Source: an uncultured Verrucomicrobiae bacterium (GTDB lineage Bacteria; Verrucomicrobiota; Verrucomicrobiia; Chthoniobacterales; JAFAMB01). From it: a DNA stretch of 64,000 bases. Below the pieces are notes generated by a model that saw nothing but the letters and a program-made list of their open reading frames with translations, had not been told where the DNA came from and did no database searches. Each line of letters opens with the position of its first letter. Position 1 is the first letter of the stretch. Shown here in pieces: positions 38,001-46,295 of this stretch. The DNA is taken from the NCBI GenBank assembly GCA_963762565.1, contig CAVXLD010000011.1, positions 160,001 to 224,000 on the forward strand, given 5' to 3'. Both the position numbers and the translations under genes were made by a program.

Positions 38001-40353
38001 GGATGTAAGCCAGTTGCGAATTGATGAAATCAACTACCATTCCGTAGCCGGTTTTCCGAGCAATCCGGAGGGCTAATTCGGCCTCTTTCTGGATGGCAAT
38101 TAGCTGTTCGCCGCTGGCCAAGAGATTAGCGACAATGGAGGCGCAATTGTAAACCGCGAAGGCAAGGTCACCGACTTCAGGTGCAGCCGCAGAGGCCAGG
38201 CGTAACCACTCCCGGCCGTACTTCATATGCCGGTTCCAAGGATCAATGTGATGCCCAAGACAAGTGTATACCCGGATCTTGAAGCGATCCGATCCGTATC
38301 GGTTTAAGAGTTCGAGGCTGAGTTTGCCAAATCGATAGCCGTTTTCATAGTCACCGAAACGTGAGCCAAGCGTTCTAGCAAAAACTGCGTAGACGTAACA
38401 GGATGCATCGCTGTTACCATGCTCCAAGCTGAGATTGACCATTCGGGCGATCAACAGGTCACGCACGTTGTGATCGGTGAACCAGGATGCTGGAAGGATG
38501 ACCGTGAGCATCTCAAGCGCGCGTTTGCATACCGGATCGGTCATCCTTGGCAAATTGACCAGATCCTCAATTGGACGTTGCTTGAGCTTTGGCCAAATTT
38601 GCCGGTACTCTCGCGCGACCTCCTCCTCAGTCGGGTCTATCGGACAAGCAATGCCGATTGACTGCAGGCATTCCAGGCAGACCTGAACCGCGCGAGGCGA
38701 ACGACCCGACGTGGTATAAAGCACTGCCTGTAATTCTGCGATAGCCGCTCGATCTCTGTCCGGCTTAGCCAAAGCAGTCAGTTGCGATAATCGCTCTTCG
38801 GCCTGGTTTAGTTGGCCCGTTAGCAACTCGCATTCTGCTAGATTGAGGTTTACGGCCAACCTTATCTCATATTGAGAATTCCACCCATCGTTGCCCAACA
38901 GGCTATTACAGTTCGCCAGATAGTTTGACGCCGAAACGTAAGCCGCAGCCGCCTTGGCGCGTTTCGCGGCGGTTAGATTGAGTTCTATCAACCTGGTTCG
39001 CTCTACAGGGGAGGTTAGTCGATCGAGACCACGGTTGAACTGATTAACAACATCGAAAATCGCATCTTCGATTTGTTGCTGGGACATGTTCTCCAGCAGT
39101 AATCTGCCAATCCGGAGGTGTTCTAATACCCGATCGGATTCCGGGATAAGGTGATAAGCGGCCTCTTGCACACGGTCATGGACAAATTTCATCGATTGCC
39201 CCTGGCGTGTGACTAGCCCTGCACGAATCGCTTCGTCGAGTGCTCTATCGAGAGCCAGCGGCGACTTGCCGCTGATCGTGCTAACCACGGGCACTGTCGC
39301 GTTGCTGCCCAAACAAGCCCATTGCTTTAGAATCTGTCGCGTCTCGCCGGTGAGATCGTCCAGTTTCTCTCTGATTAGGCCGGCGACATTCGAGGCGAAC
39401 GATCTGCTCCGGATTGTATCTAGATCCCAATTCCATCCAGATATTGCCGGGTCAAAGTAAAGCAGTTTCTCTTCTGCGAGCGCCTTGCAGAATTCGATCA
39501 CGAAAAACGGATTGCCGTTCGTTTTCGCGTATAGTATTTCGGTCAGCGGTTTAGCCCGATCTGGTTTGGAGCGGAGTGAATCTACCAGGAATTGGGCCGC
39601 ATCCTGAAAGGCCAGCGGCGCCAACGGAATGTCGCGTACGTCGACGCCGGTATCGCGAAGCTTTTCCAAGGTCAAATTCAGCGGATGTGCAGAATTGACT
39701 TCATTCGCCCGGTAAGCACCAATTAGTAGAAGGTATTTGACCTCTGGCTCGGTGAGTAGATCCTCGAGCAGTTTAAGGGTTCCCGGATCAACCCATTGCA
39801 GATCATCGAGAAATAAAACTAGCGGGTCTTCGGGTCGCGCGAAGACAGCGACGAACCGCCGAAAGATTATCTTGAAGCGATTCTGTGCGTCTCGAGGTGG
39901 GAGCTCTGGAACTGAAGGCTGTTTTCCTAGTATCAGCTCAAGCTCAGGTAGCAAATTGCAAATGAGTTGGCCGTTCGTTCCCAGCGCGTCCATTAATCGC
40001 CGTCGCCATACAGTGATTTGAGTATCATCTTTACGCAGGATTTCGTGGACGAGTCCGTGAAAGGCCTGGGTGACGGTAGAATAAGGAATATCGCCTTTCT
40101 GCAGATCGAACTTACCGGACGCAAAGAATCCAGCTGAGCTTGAGGCGTATTTACGAAATTCGTTTACGACGGTGGATTTTCCGATTCCGGAGAAACCAGA
40201 TACCAGCACAAATTCTGGAACGCCGTCGGATAAGACGCGATCGAAAGCGGCGTGCAGAGAAGCAATCTCGGAATCCCTTCCGTAAACTGTGTCCGAAAAA
40301 GTAAGCTGGACCGGGAAATCCTCGGTACAGCCAGTGGAAACTTCGCTTCCCAT
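35071..40353 (-). CDS. Multi-sensor histidine kinase: AAA ATPase, helical repeats, GAF, PAS, GAF, HisKA_3, HATPase
   Basis: GFSGIGKS Walker A, LFLDDLQW, GNPFF, HDRVQEAAY, ERNRMARDVHDTLAQ, DNGVGF, GLTGMRER. Confidence 0.92.
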   Translation of the reverse strand: MGSEVSTGCTEDFPVQLTFSDTVYGRDSEIASLHAAFDRVLSDGVPEFVLVSGFSGIGKSTVVNEFRKYASSSAGFFASGKFDLQKGDIPYSTVTQAFHGLVHEILRKDDTQITVWRRRLMDALGTNGQLICNLLPELELILGKQPSVPELPPRDAQNRFKIIFRRFVAVFARPEDPLVLFLDDLQWVDPGTLKLLEDLLTEPEVKYLLLIGAYRANEVNSAHPLNLTLEKLRDTGVDVRDIPLAPLAFQDAAQFLVDSLRSKPDRAKPLTEILYAKTNGNPFFVIEFCKALAEEKLLYFDPAISGWNWDLDTIRSRSFASNVAGLIREKLDDLTGETRQILKQWACLGSNATVPVVSTISGKSPLALDRALDEAIRAGLVTRQGQSMKFVHDRVQEAAYHLIPESDRVLEHLRIGRLLLENMSQQQIEDAIFDVVNQFNRGLDRLTSPVERTRLIELNLTAAKRAKAAAAYVSASNYLANCNSLLGNDGWNSQYEIRLAVNLNLAECELLTGQLNQAEERLSQLTALAKPDRDRAAIAELQAVLYTTSGRSPRAVQVCLECLQSIGIACPIDPTEEEVAREYRQIWPKLKQRPIEDLVNLPRMTDPVCKRALEMLTVILPASWFTDHNVRDLLIARMVNLSLEHGNSDASCYVYAVFARTLGSRFGDYENGYRFGKLSLELLNRYGSDRFKIRVYTCLGHHIDPWNRHMKYGREWLRLASAAAPEVGDLAFAVYNCASIVANLLASGEQLIAIQKEAELALRIARKTGYGMVVDFINSQLAYIRALRGLTANLSSLDNPDFDESAAEERLDQEIELSAAKFRFWLRKLQACFHAGDYGGAVAAAKRVQHLAWRSQSFLELAEYPFYSALALAQLYPAAGVDTRIEYLNSIKAHGELLHGWARNCPENFRCLGALVSAEAARLEGRHSEAQSFYVESINSAKKNGFIQNEALANELAAKFYLARGLETVAHTYLRRARHCYQQWGAVAKVRLIDQQNPALALDRSGSLKFDAVSITSEAKRSLQPTELVANQTANLLDSATIVKALQAISSEIVLDKLIKTLMKIAVEHAGAQRGLLLLIRNNQPEIEAEAATINGRVEIVLSSAQRSRPAIAPGALGQKEDQTAESAILLGEAAPQSTLQYVIKTQSTVVLEDAAVRNPFSDDDYFLKTQAKSVLCVPIVRQTKTIGVFYLENNLTNNAFTQERITVLKLLASQAAISLENAHLYADLRKSEEKYRDLIEVSPDAIFVIDTDLNYVSVNSAGAQLAGCSAEELIGTPISETFVPEDQSLLPARMEMMKTEPYLRFERDFVRRNGEIVPVEVALTTVRGRYLQAVLRDISQRKRAEDALRASEQVARGQVEALTYSLDVLATASEPEKFLGKMLSTICRLLGGQTTSLWLFDESADSLLLRLEVDSLRPVEIDRKHPLVHSPASWKEHPIVQELFFTAGPIVCDEIETDPRLDQQLREYLMLRETKKFLAVPILVGRDVKGMITVGHSERAPYRTEEIGLMQALAHQVMLAIRLTEVGEQSRQAAVLAERNRMARDVHDTLAQGFTGVIVQLEAAEYAISDGDRQEADRHIHQAGELARRSLIEARRSVHALRPRALEEDNFWQALKGVVKSTTVATTLGTTFELKGKLPVLPAAWQENLLRIGQETLSNTLKYARASNFTTRLVSNAKEVRLEFVDNGVGFQVCERHDGVGLTGMRERAEEMGGDLKIVSSLGKGTTITVILPLNHGRRNPSAATKRPSPIALDTKPEL

Positions 40354-40456
40354 TCGTCTCTGGAAAATACATCTTTCCGAGGGTTTCGCTTTCGAATTCC
40401 GAGCGGCGCGTCGGTCACCACTCTTTGTCCCGAAGCGGCGTCCGAGCCCGTATTCG

Positions 40457-40638
40457 GGGAGGGCGCGCGTCCCCGCGCGCCGCGAGGACGTGCCATAAAC
40501 GAAGGGTGTATTTTCGTCGGTGGTTAGAACACGTGCTGGGCTTCGTTAACAACGGATCGCGAGGACGCGATCCCTCCCGGCGATGGGCCCGCGGTCACGT
40601 ATTCGGGGAGGGCGCGCGTCCCCGCGCGCCGCGAGGAC
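40457..40638. repeat. GGAG-type REP pair, copy 4, plus a tandem solo REP
   Basis: Pair at 40457-40578; cgtattcggggagggcgcgcgtccccgcgcgccgcgaggac duplicated at about 40598-40638. Confidence 0.85.
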
Positions 40639-40669
40639 TCAATCCAAGAACGAAGCGCCTGGCCTTATT

Positions 40670-41968
40670 CTACTTCAACTCAACTTTGGCTACCACGATA
40701 GGAGCCAATGTTTCCGGATGCGAAACCTTACCACCCTGGTAATGATCTATTTGGCTATTAGTAATGTAATAAAAAGTATCGCCTACAATTGCTCCGGTGG
40801 TAGGAAGTTGGGTGTATTGAGTTTTACGTTCGAGCACCTTTAAGGCAGTGGCTTCGGTTCGGGTGTTATCTAACTGGACCATCACCACTCGGGGACTGCC
40901 CATGCTGTTCTGAACACCGACCAACTGGTTTTCCCAGGTATAGAGCCCATCAAATCCGGAGAGAGTCATGTTCTGTCCGGGGCGAACTGGGCGGACCCTC
41001 GAATCATTCCTATCCAGAACCAGGAGTCCGAATGCGTCAGCGATGAATACACTTCTATCATCACCAGACAAGGCAATTCCGTTCGGATAAAATAGATGAC
41101 GCGAGGTCGGTACTGGGACTAGCTTCGTTTGACCTCGCGGCAACTTGTACACCTGATGGGCAGTGCTATCGGTCAGATAGACATCACCATCCCGGCACAC
41201 CACGACGTCATTGAACAAGTGATCGGATTTACCCGTCGGTGGAGGATATTTCCGAATCAATTGGCCAGTCGGACTGAAATGGAAGAGCGCCGCATTCTGC
41301 GCGTCTTCTCCCGAAGCCACCCAGACGCTGCCGTTGCTCGGATCCATCCGGATGCCGAGAACTTGCGTAAGCCCGTACTTTTTTGGTGGTACGAAATCGG
41401 TTAACCGGCCGTTCTCGTCATACCGGACAATCTTCTTTTCGTTCAAGCTTCCCATCAAGAAAGAGTGGGTTCGTTCGTCGTAGGCGAGGCCTTCAGGGAT
41501 CAGCAATTGATCGTCGACGGTAAATGCCGATACGGATTGATGGACTGCTGGGTAGAGACTATTAACCTTATCTGCGGTCTGAACGAAGTCCGGGCAGTTC
41601 GCTAATCGTTTGAATGCGCCATCCAGCGGAAAATCAAATCCCTGATCTGCTTGGGCGACCTCTTGAGCGAGTTCGATCGTCTTATCCGCCTCTCCGATAG
41701 AGGCGTAGTCCGTAGCTAATTGATATTTGACTGCGATCTGTTCGCACAGCGGTTCCCTCAGAAAGGGTTCAAACGCATTTATTTCCGAGCGCGCAGCAGC
41801 GACTGCGGCCGGAGCAGGCGTCGAGCTAGGAATGCAAGCGCCATGATTAGAGCAGCAATAAAACAGAGCTGCTGCGAATGATAGATGACAGATGACAAAT
41901 GACAGGTTGGCGGAGGCGTGAGCGAACGGCAAACCAGGGGAGATGACTCCTAATTTGTCATCTGTCAT
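40670..41968 (-). CDS. SMP-30/gluconolactonase-like beta-propeller protein (true start uncertain, likely nearer 41850)
   Basis: LIPEGLAYD, FNDVVV..DG.VYLTDS, YPNGIA, GFDGLY; the ORF 5' end lies in heptamer repeats. Confidence 0.75.
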   Translation of the reverse strand: MTDDKLGVISPGLPFAHASANLSFVICHLSFAAALFYCCSNHGACIPSSTPAPAAVAAARSEINAFEPFLREPLCEQIAVKYQLATDYASIGEADKTIELAQEVAQADQGFDFPLDGAFKRLANCPDFVQTADKVNSLYPAVHQSVSAFTVDDQLLIPEGLAYDERTHSFLMGSLNEKKIVRYDENGRLTDFVPPKKYGLTQVLGIRMDPSNGSVWVASGEDAQNAALFHFSPTGQLIRKYPPPTGKSDHLFNDVVVCRDGDVYLTDSTAHQVYKLPRGQTKLVPVPTSRHLFYPNGIALSGDDRSVFIADAFGLLVLDRNDSRVRPVRPGQNMTLSGFDGLYTWENQLVGVQNSMGSPRVVMVQLDNTRTEATALKVLERKTQYTQLPTTGAIVGDTFYYITNSQIDHYQGGKVSHPETLAPIVVAKVELK

Positions 41969-42004
41969 TTGTTATTTGTCATTAGCGACGAGCCTCAGGC
42001 GAGT
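41878..42004. repeat. Inverted ATGACA(G/A) heptamer arrays plus the gene-end motif ACTCGCCTGAGGCTCGT (minus strand)
   Basis: atgatagatgacagatgacaaatgaca / tttgtcatctgtcatttgttatttgtcat; the motif at 41988-42004 matches those at 293 and 732. Confidence 0.75.
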
Positions 42005-44796
42005 CGCGATTGGCAATCGGGATAGGCTGAAGCTCGGAGAGGAGTTTCTGGAAACGGCGGATCGGATCGCAACGGATCCCAGTCTGATAGCTTAGCGATA
42101 TCACCGTAGGTTAACGCGCGAGGAACTTGTTCTAGCGCCTGGAGCTGTTGGATCGCCAACTCATTTTCGCCAGCCCAAATGTAGACTTGAGCCAATTCCG
42201 TTGCTAACACCGGTCCGTCGACCGCGTCTTTCGAAATCGGTAGCATCGCGGCGGCTTTACGCCCCTCGTTCAATGCGTCTTCCTTGCGTCCAAGCGCCGC
42301 ATCTGTGAGCGCCAACATCATCAAAGGGTTTGGGTCATCCGGCCACTTTTGCAGATAGGCGAGTTGCAATGGACGGGCAGCCTCGAAAGCAGTTTTTGCC
42401 GCCGCGGCGTCGCCTTCAGATGTCTTAATTTCACCGATCAGAAAATCTCGGCAGACGAATCTTCGATCTCCGAGATCAAACTCCGGCTTGGGATCTTCGG
42501 CCAGGATCTGCTCGGCCTTGGTAAACTTTCGATCTCCCAGTGCAGCAGTGATCTTCAATAGGGTGGCGCGTCCCATCCCTCGCAGCGGACCGTTGGGCTC
42601 ATCGAGCAAAGAATGAAATCCGGAAGTATCACCTTTCTCTTGCCAGAGTAGAACTGCCTTTTTGTAAGCGATTGATTGGTTAATCGCGCCGGCTTTAGCA
42701 ATTTCAGCAAACCCACGATGGACTTGGTCGTACTGGCGATGGAAATCGTAAATACCGGAGATGTCGATGATCCAACGCACATTTTTCGGGTCGAGGGTTC
42801 CGGCCTTCTGGTAGTCTTGCAAGGCCTCGAGCCATTGTCCTTGGCGTGAGGCGACGACCCCTAAAAGACCAAACAGAGACGCCGAGTTTGGCAAGCTGCG
42901 GCGCGCGATATCGAGTTCTTTGCGAATTGCCGGATAGTCGTGCGCGGTAACCAGTAAATGGTAACCGGCCTCAAGATGAACTTCACCTAGATCCGGCCGT
43001 AAGCTCAATGCTTTTTGAAGTGCATCTTCTGCGGCCGTACGCCGGGTATCGGTATGGTCGGCATTACTCCAATATAAAACGTCATGAGTTCGCGCCAGTA
43101 AGGCCAAGGCCAGAACAAACCCAGGGTCCCGGTTAACGGCCTCTTCCAAGAGTCTTGCTGCACTGTAGAAGGGTTCCTTGCTCTGAGTCTGTTCGTCGTA
43201 ATTCGCGATCAGTTCTTTCGCATGAAGAAAGAGTTCATAGGCGGTCATATCCCGTGTCGGTATCTCGCCAATCGAGCTTTTTTCAGTCGTAGAAAGCTTG
43301 GCTCGCAGTTCCTGCGAGACGGCTTCGGCGAGTTCAGTCTGAATCGTAAAAACCTCGGTTAACTGGCCGTCGTATTGTTCCGCCCAAAGCTGGCGTCCGG
43401 TCTGAGCTTCTTCGAGACGCGCCGTTACCCGGATCCGGTTATTTTCTCGCTGGACACTGCCATTGAGAAGGTAGCGTACGTGGAGCGCTTCACCAATTTC
43501 CTTGGAAGACGGCCGGTGCGCCGGATCCCGATACGCTTGAATACTTCCACGGCTAACTACCTGAAGATCGGAGATCTTCGCCAGATTAGTGAGAATGTCG
43601 TCCTGGACTCCGTCAACGAAGTAGGAGTCGTCTTTAACCGGGCTAAGATTTTCGAAAGGGAGAACCGCGATTGATTTGGCGGTGCCATCTCTCGAGAAAA
43701 CGCCGCTTTGGAACAGAAATATTATCGGTGCGGCTAGCAGAATGGCTCCCGCTGCAGCTATCCAGAAAGTTTTCCGGTCGATCTTTTTTCCTTCGATTCT
43801 TCTCTGGCATTTCGTGATCGCTTCCACCAGAGCCTGCCCATTTTGAGGTCGGTCCTTCGGATCGGGGCTTAAAAGGGTTGTCACCAACTTCCGTACCGGC
43901 AAAGGAATTCCGGCGGCTGTGAGCGCGGCAATCACCGGTTCGGGCCGGGTCAACTGTTGCGCGAGTTCAGAGACCTGATCGGCTTTGAAGGGTTGGTTGC
44001 CGGTGAGCAAATAGCATAACGTGCTACCTAAAGAGAAATAATCGGACCGTTGATCGATCTCGAATCCCGAGAATTGTTCGGGACTTGCGAATGCCGGTGT
44101 TCCGATGAAGCCGTCATAGGAGATCCGATCGCTTGGTTCCTGGTGTCCGACCATTTTGGCGAGGCCAAAATCGATGACTTTGACGTTTATCTCCGGGCCA
44201 TGCAGGAGCATCAGATTAGCGGGCTTCAGATCGCGATGTACCAGCCCATGCTTTTCGGCTGCTGTCAGTGCTTTGGCCACTTGAGCGACCACGGCCAAGG
44301 CGTCGGCTGTTGATAACGGTCCGGTCCGTTCGACTCGTTCCGCTAAAGTCTCACCTTCGACTAACTCCATTGCGTAAAAACAGGGGCCGTAGGGACGGGC
44401 GCCATAGTAAAGAACGCTAGCCACATTCGGATGCCGCAGTTTGGCGGCCGCGCGTGCCTCCCGGAGAAACCGTTCTCGATTCGAATCTACGCCGGCCGCC
44501 TTGAAGTCAATGACTTTGAGCGCAACCGGGAACTGCAACGTGGTATCGACGGCCTGATAAGTAATCCCCATGGCTCCTCGCCCTAACTCAACGAAAGACC
44601 CATCCGGATGTGTTAAGATCTTGTAGGGTTCGAACTGGTTCTCGACGTTCTCTTCGTCGAGATCGGCGAAATCGAACAAGGGCATCAACAGGCAATCAAG
44701 GCAATAACCATAAAATGAAGCGTTGGGATTAATGCTTTTGTGACAACCCCGGCAGAAGCGTTCTCGCACTAAAAGCTCAGGACCCTGCCCGTTCAT
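41995..44796 (-). CDS. Ser/Thr protein kinase with TolB-like (SIAVLPF) and TPR domains
   Basis: LGRGAMG, VALK, HRDLKPAN, DFG, GTPAFASPEQ; TM segment; KSIAVLPFENLS; N-terminal CxxC/CxxC. Confidence 0.93.
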   Translation of the reverse strand: MNGQGPELLVRERFCRGCHKSINPNASFYGYCLDCLLMPLFDFADLDEENVENQFEPYKILTHPDGSFVELGRGAMGITYQAVDTTLQFPVALKVIDFKAAGVDSNRERFLREARAAAKLRHPNVASVLYYGARPYGPCFYAMELVEGETLAERVERTGPLSTADALAVVAQVAKALTAAEKHGLVHRDLKPANLMLLHGPEINVKVIDFGLAKMVGHQEPSDRISYDGFIGTPAFASPEQFSGFEIDQRSDYFSLGSTLCYLLTGNQPFKADQVSELAQQLTRPEPVIAALTAAGIPLPVRKLVTTLLSPDPKDRPQNGQALVEAITKCQRRIEGKKIDRKTFWIAAAGAILLAAPIIFLFQSGVFSRDGTAKSIAVLPFENLSPVKDDSYFVDGVQDDILTNLAKISDLQVVSRGSIQAYRDPAHRPSSKEIGEALHVRYLLNGSVQRENNRIRVTARLEEAQTGRQLWAEQYDGQLTEVFTIQTELAEAVSQELRAKLSTTEKSSIGEIPTRDMTAYELFLHAKELIANYDEQTQSKEPFYSAARLLEEAVNRDPGFVLALALLARTHDVLYWSNADHTDTRRTAAEDALQKALSLRPDLGEVHLEAGYHLLVTAHDYPAIRKELDIARRSLPNSASLFGLLGVVASRQGQWLEALQDYQKAGTLDPKNVRWIIDISGIYDFHRQYDQVHRGFAEIAKAGAINQSIAYKKAVLLWQEKGDTSGFHSLLDEPNGPLRGMGRATLLKITAALGDRKFTKAEQILAEDPKPEFDLGDRRFVCRDFLIGEIKTSEGDAAAAKTAFEAARPLQLAYLQKWPDDPNPLMMLALTDAALGRKEDALNEGRKAAAMLPISKDAVDGPVLATELAQVYIWAGENELAIQQLQALEQVPRALTYGDIAKLSDWDPLRSDPPFPETPLRASAYPDCQSRLA

Positions 44797-44847
44797 AGTT
44801 TCAGGGTTAGCGGAAAACGCAGGAGCGACGCAATGCAAATGTGAGAG

Positions 44848-45045
44848 GTGATTAGTGATTAGTGATTTGTGATTAGTGATTGGTGGAACAACCGTCGGAG
44901 CCGTAGCCCACACTGGGAACGGCTCGGCACGATTTCCGGTGTAACCACCAGAGTGCGACAAACGCTAATGTCTCTGCAAAACCTTGTAGGTCATTCGGGA
45001 GCCTCGCCCACCAATCACCAATCACTAATCACCAACCACTTTTCA
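44848..45045. repeat. Inverted TAATCAC heptamer arrays
   Basis: gtgattagtgattagtgatttgtgattagtgattggt / accaatcaccaatcactaatcac; same unit at 5020-5042, 45918, 56993 and 57730-57780. Confidence 0.75.
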
Positions 45046-45798
45046 CCTCTCACGCTTTGCTAGTGAGGCCCTGAAAGCGCGAATCTCATCGTCGAAATCG
45101 GAAGAGCTCATCACGGTGCGTGCGACTTCTTCGCGGAGTAGCTCGCGATAACGTGCTCGTAACCGATAAATCGCCGCTTTGACTGCACTGATGCTGAGCC
45201 CCGTGCGTTGAGCTACTTCAATATAAGAGCTTTCTTCATCCTCCAGGAGAAAACCACAGATTTGATCGAACAGCTTCTTTCTACCGCTTCGCTCCATCTC
45301 CGCTTCCAACCGGATCAACGCTCCCTCAATTAACGCGGCGACCCAGCGGGCATCGAAGATCTGTTCTGCGGTTTGGCCCGGGTCAGTGAGTTGGTAACCG
45401 ACTTCCGCCGTATCGTCATCCAAAAATATAATCTTGGCTTGGCCTCCTCGTTTCTCGGTCCTCGCCCGCTCAGCGGCGTGTTGCAAGAAGAACTGCAGCG
45501 ATCCCAGCAAGAATTTCCGGAACTTTCCGCGATGTGGATCTGCCCGGATGAAAGCATTTTTTTCCAGGAGATGAATAAAAAAATCCTGGGTCAGATCTTG
45601 TGCGTCTTGCCGGTTATGTCCGTGGCGTCGAATAAAGGCATATACCGGACTGGAATAGCTTCGGTAGAGCGCCTCGAGAGCAGTCCGCCTTTGTTGATCG
45701 TCGGTGGCGGCCGAGACCAGGCTCCATTGGGTGGTCTCGAATGCGAGATGTCCCCCTGCGCTTGAACTTAGCCATCCAGTCATGCCGGGGCTGAACAT
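45043..45798 (-). CDS. ECF sigma factor of the kinase-associated type
   Basis: FETTQWSLV, PVYAFIRR, DAQDLTQDFF, RGKFR, VKAAIYRLRARY. Confidence 0.9.
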   Translation of the reverse strand: MFSPGMTGWLSSSAGGHLAFETTQWSLVSAATDDQQRRTALEALYRSYSSPVYAFIRRHGHNRQDAQDLTQDFFIHLLEKNAFIRADPHRGKFRKFLLGSLQFFLQHAAERARTEKRGGQAKIIFLDDDTAEVGYQLTDPGQTAEQIFDARWVAALIEGALIRLEAEMERSGRKKLFDQICGFLLEDEESSYIEVAQRTGLSISAVKAAIYRLRARYRELLREEVARTVMSSSDFDDEIRAFRASLAKRER

Positions 45799-46295
45799 AC
45801 GTGAGAAGTGAGACGTGAGAAGCGAGAAGTGATTCGTGGAGCGCTGCCTCGCTTGCGAGGCCGACTCGGTCGGCACCGTGGAGGGTTGCCTAGCTTGCGA
45901 GGCGGAGGGTGGGGTGCGGTGATTGGTGATTGGTACCGTTCCCGGCGATCCCGGCGTTTTTCAGCCGTATAGGTCCCATTGGTCTCATAAGTCCCATCCG
46001 TGGACCGGTCCGCTGCTCGGGTTCCTCTCAACGCGCCTTCAGCGCCAAATACTTTTTTTAACCGAATACCTAGGGCTCGCAGACTCACCCGGTAACCGCC
46101 GGACTAAATTCAGGCCAGCGCTTCCCGCCTCCGGACGCCATTTCGCCCAGTCGTTCACACTCTGGCCGGCAGATTTATTGCGCTATCCGAAAAAAATCCG
46201 CAACTTTTGGTTTTTTTTCCGGGATTTAGACGCTATGGAGCGCGGCGTTTCCCTCTGAGGGCTGGCGCACCAGAAGCTGAAGAAGAAAACAAACT

